Assembly: GCA_964019425.1 (NCBI GenBank)
Contig: OZ025803.1
Coordinates: 496,001 to 560,000 of the forward strand
Direction: 5' to 3'
DNA: 64,000 bases
Source of the DNA: Flectonema sp. DT1601
Lineage: Eukaryota
Below the pieces are notes generated by a model that was not told the origin of the DNA, searched no databases, and saw only the letters and a list, made by a program, of their open reading frames with translations. The position numbers were made by a program, and so were the translations under genes. Numbering within the stretch: position 1 is the first letter of the stretch; every line of letters starts with the position of its first letter. Shown piece after piece: positions 56,452 to 64,000 of the stretch.

Positions 56452-57816
56452 TTAAAATGATCTCATTGGAGAGTAACTTGGATACTCACTAGCTCTAGTA
56501 GTTGGATAATAAGAACCAACTCTATTATTAGCAGGCAACGGATAGCTGTCTCTTCCATTGCGGCGCTCGACGACATCGAGGGCGCGGGCGATTTCCTTAA
56601 CGAGTGAGTCTGAATCTTCATCTGTTTGCCACCTTACAGCAGGTGGTGATGGAAGATGTGATGGAGGTGGGATTACTTCAACGCTTGACGAGTTATCGCG
56701 TCGAGGAGAGAGTTGCGGTACATCAGATTGAACAACACTTCTAATGTTGTGAACAGGACTACGACTTCTACTTGTTGGACTTGTTTTATATCTATACGGT
56801 TCCCTACCATGAATATATCCTGATGCTGGACACCTCCTACCTAATTCAACAATACCACCACAAGCCTGACATCTCTCTGAGGCACTAATGATAGGAACTG
56901 GAGGAGAATAGTCAGGTGTTGTTGTTGTCGATAAGATCTGAGGTCTTTGAACTTGAGTTGGAGGAGACTCAACCGTTACAATACATTGAGTACCTCTTCC
57001 CATTGATTGAATGAGGGTTGCAATATCTTGACTAGTGTACGTTGGTTGTGATGCAATCGCTCGGATTCTATCTTCTGGTTTAATACCAGCTTCCCAAGAA
57101 GTAGATCCCGGCACTACAGAAACAACTCTAGTTCCTTCATAGGACATTCCTTGAGTTAAGTTATCAGTATCAATTGTTAAAGTCACATATCGAGATCCCT
57201 TCGCAGTTTTTAAATTCCTCGGTAGAATAGGACGTGTTCCCCAAGGCTCTGGGAATGAAATAGGTACTCGCGCGCCATCTTCTTCCGACTCAATTGGTCC
57301 ACAAATAATTCCACGAACTCCATTTAGAGGAGTCCAGTCAGGACTTCGAAGATCAAACACTTCTACGAGAGTACCTTCTTTGAACATAAAAGATAATCCT
57401 TCTCTTACATCAACAGGTTCTGTTGGTAATGTTTTTAAAGTAGCAGCAGTGTGAGCTGAGTACTTTGAAACATTTGTAATATTCGAAAGGAGGAGAGGGA
57501 TGTCTCCCCAAGGATCAGGAAATCTACATAAAACCCTTCCAACTAAATCTAACTCACTTACAACGTATCCAGGAACATGGTTTAATGGACGCCACTCAGG
57601 GCTTCCGAGTCCGACTGCACATACGGCTTGTCCAATTTCAACATTTACTTCACAATTTACGATATTCTCTTTTGGGACTGTAATCTCTTCGTGTGCTGTC
57701 AGGGCAACACGTCCTGTTTCGCTGTCCATCCACTCAAGTACTCCAAGTCGTTCATTCATTCCCTGCCATTTCGGACCTTCTAGTAATTGTAGTTCAACGA
57801 TATCCCAAATCCGCAT
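56452..57816 (-). CDS. three SH3/KOW-like modules + PDZ-like domain + P/S-rich tail
   Basis: Repeated (G/D)..V....L....W...N...G modules; PDZ-like QGMSYEGTRVVSVVPGSTSWEAGIKPEDRI; paralog of 59763-60659. Confidence 0.7.
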   Translation of the reverse strand: MRIWDIVELQLLEGPKWQGMNERLGVLEWMDSETGRVALTAHEEITVPKENIVNCEVNVEIGQAVCAVGLGSPEWRPLNHVPGYVVSELDLVGRVLCRFPDPWGDIPLLLSNITNVSKYSAHTAATLKTLPTEPVDVREGLSFMFKEGTLVEVFDLRSPDWTPLNGVRGIICGPIESEEDGARVPISFPEPWGTRPILPRNLKTAKGSRYVTLTIDTDNLTQGMSYEGTRVVSVVPGSTSWEAGIKPEDRIRAIASQPTYTSQDIATLIQSMGRGTQCIVTVESPPTQVQRPQILSTTTTPDYSPPVPIISASERCQACGGIVELGRRCPASGYIHGREPYRYKTSPTSRSRSPVHNIRSVVQSDVPQLSPRRDNSSSVEVIPPPSHLPSPPAVRWQTDEDSDSLVKEIARALDVVERRNGRDSYPLPANNRVGSYYPTTRASEYPSYSPMRSF

Positions 57817-58429
57817 TTGGGTGCCCTCCCTGTCATAAAAATAAATGAAAGACGAAAACGAAAGACAGACAAACAATATTTCACATCATTATTCTCATTT
57901 AAGTGGATTCTCTGGGAGGTAAGTAATACTTTTTTGATCCGACAAGATAATTAGTTTTTTTCTTGATTTGCGAATACAACAACAGATTCAGCACTCGCAT
58001 ATATCACGTGATGTGCCATTGTGTTGAGACTTGGCTGGTGGTTTCACACATTCATCAGTAAGCTTTTGATGACTGTCAGTAAAAAGTCTCGGATGCGCCA
58101 CAACAAAATTACAATTGAATAAACGTACAATAAAACAGATTACAACTACTTAAGTGGGTGGGGAACTGGTACAAAATTCTACTGATGAATATAAAAACTT
58201 GGACGTTGACAAATAGTTTGAGATCACTATTACAATAAATTACAACACTCTCAATGAATAGAATATAGATTTTCTCTTACCTTTCGTCAAATAGTGTCCA
58301 GTAATAGATTATCAGGAAATAAAGTTTTAAATTGAATTACAGCAACAGCGCTGAGAAGGCGACTAGTCGAACCCAATAAAGGGATACTGCCGCAGAAATG
58401 ATCACATTAAATGCGCAATTTTATTATAT

Positions 58430-59533
58430 TTATCGGACTGCTTTCCATTGAGGAACTCTCTGGTTCCTCGCAAAGTCATCTTCCAACATGGTCAGGAATG
58501 CTGAAGGTCGATGAGCTATGGCTGAAGAAACATGTCTATTACGATACATATCACTTGTATCTTTAGCATTTAACTCTACTTGAAGTCGTTTATTATCTTG
58601 AGCGAGCTTTCCTAAATTGATCATCAGCTCGCACTCTCTTGTTGTGATCGCTGGAGCGGTCTCAATTCCATTTTGAATATACGGAATTACTGACATCGGT
58701 CCTACAGGTCCTGCTGAAGGCACTACTATAGGAGCAAGTGGTGGAGCAGGACCTACATAGGTAACCCCGTCATATACAGGATATTTATCATCTTCACCTC
58801 TATCAATAACGACAGGTTGATACATAGGTACTTGTGATGGTGTTGCTCCTTGGTATGTTGTATAACCAGTAGTATATGGTACTGGTGTAGCTGATTGCTG
58901 TTGAGGTTGCTGTCCAGGGTTATATTGTGTTACTGTAGTAGTTGCTGGGAATCGTGTTGTATTTGGTTGGTAAGACGATTCAGATGGAGCGTCGTACGGA
59001 ACAACACCACCACCACCAGATGAGCTTCGGTTCTTTCTCTCCCAGTAACGCTCTTGTGCAGCACCGCCATGCGTTTGATTTGTTGTTACGCCGTGAATTT
59101 GATTAGTTGTTTGAATATCACCAACAGGTTGAGTATTCTTAGGCATCACTGGGATAACTTCACCTGACCCAATATCAACAAGTATTCCTCCATCTACTCT
59201 TCTTCCAATTACCTTTCCAGTCTTTCCATTAAGTCTAGGATTACTAACTAGATTGTGTAGCCTTACGAAGTCTCCATCTTGAGGTTCATAATTTCCAACA
59301 GTATTTCCATTTCTGACAGTTCCTCCCTGACGCTGACTTGCTTGTTGTTTTCCATTGTTCGGTATTAAGTTAGCTTCAGTTACAGGAATTACTTCACCAA
59401 CTGCAGTCTCTACTAATATACCTCCATCATGTCTTCTTCCTATTACTGTTCCTTGTTTTCCATTTAGGTATTGCGCTCCTTGTGTCACCAACCCGGTAAA
59501 CCGAACTGAATCACCATCTTTTAGAGTGCTCAT
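58430..59533 (-). CDS. protein with two SH3/KOW-like repeats and a Q/P/T/Y-rich region
   Basis: DGDSVRFTGLV...LNGKQGTVIGRRHDGGILV...GEVIPV and DGDFVRLHNLV...LNGKTGKVIGRRVDGGILV...GEVIPV. Confidence 0.75.
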   Translation of the reverse strand: MSTLKDGDSVRFTGLVTQGAQYLNGKQGTVIGRRHDGGILVETAVGEVIPVTEANLIPNNGKQQASQRQGGTVRNGNTVGNYEPQDGDFVRLHNLVSNPRLNGKTGKVIGRRVDGGILVDIGSGEVIPVMPKNTQPVGDIQTTNQIHGVTTNQTHGGAAQERYWERKNRSSSGGGGVVPYDAPSESSYQPNTTRFPATTTVTQYNPGQQPQQQSATPVPYTTGYTTYQGATPSQVPMYQPVVIDRGEDDKYPVYDGVTYVGPAPPLAPIVVPSAGPVGPMSVIPYIQNGIETAPAITTRECELMINLGKLAQDNKRLQVELNAKDTSDMYRNRHVSSAIAHRPSAFLTMLEDDFARNQRVPQWKAVR

Positions 59534-59762
59534 CTGTTGAAGAAAAAAAGATAATTTAACACTTCATCTCTAATCAGTCAAATGCTTTCACCGCACAAAT
59601 AAGAAATGGTTAATTTTTCTACAAGTGAAAATTCTTTTGAAGAAAGTCACAGCCCATTCTCATGGACTGTTAATAGCGAGGCCACCAGGTTAGCGAAAAC
59701 CGAAAAGCTGCTGATTCTCTCCTTTATATGTCAGGAAGAATAAGTTTAAAAAGTTCAGTACT

Positions 59763-60659
59763 TTAAACAAAGTGAGGGGATGAAATATGACGAAGTCGTT
59801 CTGAAGTTGAATGCGACACCAGACGTGGTTGACTACCAGCGACTGTTATAATACAGCACTGCTGACCATCAGCAAGAGAAAGGAATACTTTCCATATGTC
59901 TGAAGGACTGCTGGTTACTTCAGCAGCAACAGCGAATATAATATCACCAGGTTTGATACCTGCAAAACAAGAAGAAGAACGTTTCTTAACAGATTGAACA
60001 AGAGGGAAGTAGTCATTCGTAAACTGTATTCCTTGAGTTACATCACTCGGATCTATTTTGATTTCAAGATATTTCGCATTCTTAGCAGGGCGAATATTAC
60101 GAGGAAGAAACGACACACAAACACCATCAACAGCAACAGGGACACGACCGGCTGTCCCTCCCTCAAAGCGAACCTTTCCAGACGCTACAACACCAAGGAT
60201 TCCATTCATATCAGCGAATGATGGATCCTTGAGTCCGAATATCTCAACTAGTGTTCCTTTCTTTAACATCATCGTTAGACTTTTCGATGATTCATTTCCG
60301 ACGTCATCTGCCTGTCGCAGATTCCTTAACATTATTGCAATCCCCGTGGAATAGTTTGGGAAGCTGCAAGTAATCTTTCCCAGGTTGTCTATAGCTTTTA
60401 ATACTCTGCCTATCTGATTATTGACATGGCTCCAATCCGGAGATGTGAGACCTTCAACACATATAGCAGCTCCAATTGAAACATTTATACCCATCGGAAT
60501 TATATTGTTTTTCGGAACAACTACATCAGTTTCACTTGTTAAAACTACTTTGACTGTAGAATGTCGAAGTTCTTCAATCACACCTATTCTTCGATTCATT
60601 CCCACCCAACCATCTCCTTCAAGTCGGCAGAGCTCAACTACATCACCTAGTCGAGGCAT
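59763..60659 (-). CDS. three SH3/KOW-like modules + PDZ-like domain (paralog of 56452-57816)
   Basis: GDVVELCRLEGDGWVGMNRRIGV, IGAAICVEGLTSPDW, KGTLVEIFGL, AGIKPGDII. Confidence 0.72.
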   Translation of the reverse strand: MPRLGDVVELCRLEGDGWVGMNRRIGVIEELRHSTVKVVLTSETDVVVPKNNIIPMGINVSIGAAICVEGLTSPDWSHVNNQIGRVLKAIDNLGKITCSFPNYSTGIAIMLRNLRQADDVGNESSKSLTMMLKKGTLVEIFGLKDPSFADMNGILGVVASGKVRFEGGTAGRVPVAVDGVCVSFLPRNIRPAKNAKYLEIKIDPSDVTQGIQFTNDYFPLVQSVKKRSSSCFAGIKPGDIIFAVAAEVTSSPSDIWKVFLSLADGQQCCIITVAGSQPRLVSHSTSERLRHISSPHFV

Positions 60660-61464
60660 AGTGACTCAAATACCTGTCAGAGATATGAAGACTTTTACTT
60701 TCTTACACACATTTCGATTTCCAAAAGAGTTCAAATATCATCTTTTCGCAAAGTCTTCCGATTGAACCGTGTTCCTCCCCTCCCCCCTCCTCACACGCTG
60801 CTAAGAACTAACTTTTCTTGTATACATACGAAGTGTTGTGAACTGGAAAGAGAATACAAAAAGCGATAATCCGTATGCGACCCGCAGAAACAGCAGCCTG
60901 AAAAGCTCGCGCTCTCGCAATCGCCATCACCCCAGAAGCGATTCGATTATCGTTGCTCTGGGAAAACGAAGCAAGAGGGAGGGAGGGAGGAAGAATTGCA
61001 TTTCGCTTTGTTTGTTTTTTTTTCTTGGAAAAATGGTCACTTCCCCCGCACAAGGAGAAGTGGGTATCACGACGAAAGGAAAGGAAAAAGATTACGCGGA
61101 ATTCAAAAGCAACCGGTTCGAGTAACGAACGAAATGGAAAGCTTCGAATGTATAGAATAATTGAAATAAGCACGGCAGTGAGCCCGGTGCCCAACGGCGA
61201 CGACGACGACGACGGTGATGATCAGAGAAAATCAATCCTCTCCGACCAAGAACCATCATCGAATATAATTTAAAACAATAACAGAAACATGGTAAAAACC
61301 ATAATATAACAATTTTTTTTTTTTTTGAGCTTCCCTCAGTCTTCCACCCGCGAACCGCGAGGAACAAAAGAGCCGAGGAGGAGAGAGGCAGACTCCGCGT
61401 GTCGTTCATCCATCGTTCAGTCAAGTCCAACGACACACGCAGAATCATCGTCAAGACAGCTTAC

Positions 61465-62547
<1,083 letters not shown>

Positions 62548-63378
62548 TCACCTTCCCCGTTCTTTATCGACACCCCGCCCCCGCAAAACCCGCAAAAAGG
62601 TTGTGGTTTAAGGAAAACGATAAAAGTACGCTGCGGCGAGCGCTCGTCCATATCATCTTTTCGCAAAGTCTTCCGATTGAACCGTGTTCCTCCCCTCCCC
62701 CCTCCTCACACGCTGCTAAGAACTAACTTTTCTTGTATACATACGAAGTGTTGTGAACTGGAAAGAGAATACAAAAAGCGATAATCCGTATGCGACCCGC
62801 AGAAACAGCAGCCTGAAAAGCTCGCGCTCTCGCAATCGCCATCACCCCAGAAGCGATTCGATTATCGTTGCTCTGGGAAAACGAAGCAAGAGGGAGGGAG
62901 GGAGGAAGAATTGCATTTCGCTTTGTTTGTTTTTTTTTCTTGGAAAAATGGTCACTTCCCCCGCACAAGGAGAAGTGGGTATCACGACGAAAGGAAAGGA
63001 AAAAGATTACGCGGAATTCAAAAGCAACCGGTTCGAGTAACGAACGAAATGGAAAGCTTCGAATGTATAGAATAATTGAAATAAGCACGGCAGTGAGCCC
63101 GGTGCCCAACGGCGACGACGACGACGACGGTGATGATCAGAGAAAATCAATCCTCTCCGACCAAGAACCATCATCGAATATAATTTAAAACAATAACAGA
63201 AACATGGTAAAAACCATAATATAACAATTTTTTTTTTTTTGAGCTTCCCTCAGTCTTCCACCCGCGAACCGCGAGGAACAAAAGAGCCGAGGAGGAGAGA
63301 GGCAGACTCCGCGTGTCGTTCATCCATCGTTCAGTCAAGTCCAACGACACACGCAGAATCATCGTCAAGACAGCTTAC

Positions 63379-64000
<622 letters not shown>

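Noticed and set aside
60808..61454. ORFs in the cathepsin repeat spacer (duplicated at 62723-63368)
   Set aside because: They recur only because the whole unit is duplicated; composition is UTR-like.

Overview
Eukaryotic nuclear DNA from a flagellated protist, most likely a euglenozoan of diplonemid type (inference, not proven). About 27 credible protein genes all lie on the minus strand with no strand switch in 64 kb. They are separated by A/T-homopolymer-rich spacers, and most have a U-tract+AG just upstream of the ATG, as expected for trans-splice acceptors. Five genes also carry short (60-104 nt) GT-AG cis-introns that I assembled by hand. Recognisable products are a tRNA-splicing endonuclease catalytic subunit, axonemal dynein p28 (DNALI1), a PDZ+C2 protein, PDI, an NXPE/PC-esterase-like protein, a DEP+HPS4-like longin protein, a secreted tyrosinase, a CCCH/LRR/pseudokinase protein, a MEI1/PRD1-like protein, a MAPR, a membrane-anchored bacterial-type AdoMetDC homolog, an OSGIN-like oxidoreductase, an atypical MAPK, a cluster of SH3/KOW-like repeat proteins and a near-identical tandem array of cathepsin L-like genes. 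Two non-autonomous TIR elements are present. The most striking unexplained pattern concerns splicing. Cis-intron acceptors lack a polypyrimidine tract and have A/C-rich tails that can often pair with the U-rich 5' end of the intron, whereas presumed trans-splice acceptors are U-rich. The introns also cluster at gene 3' ends. All homology calls rest on motif recognition by eye; no searches were run.
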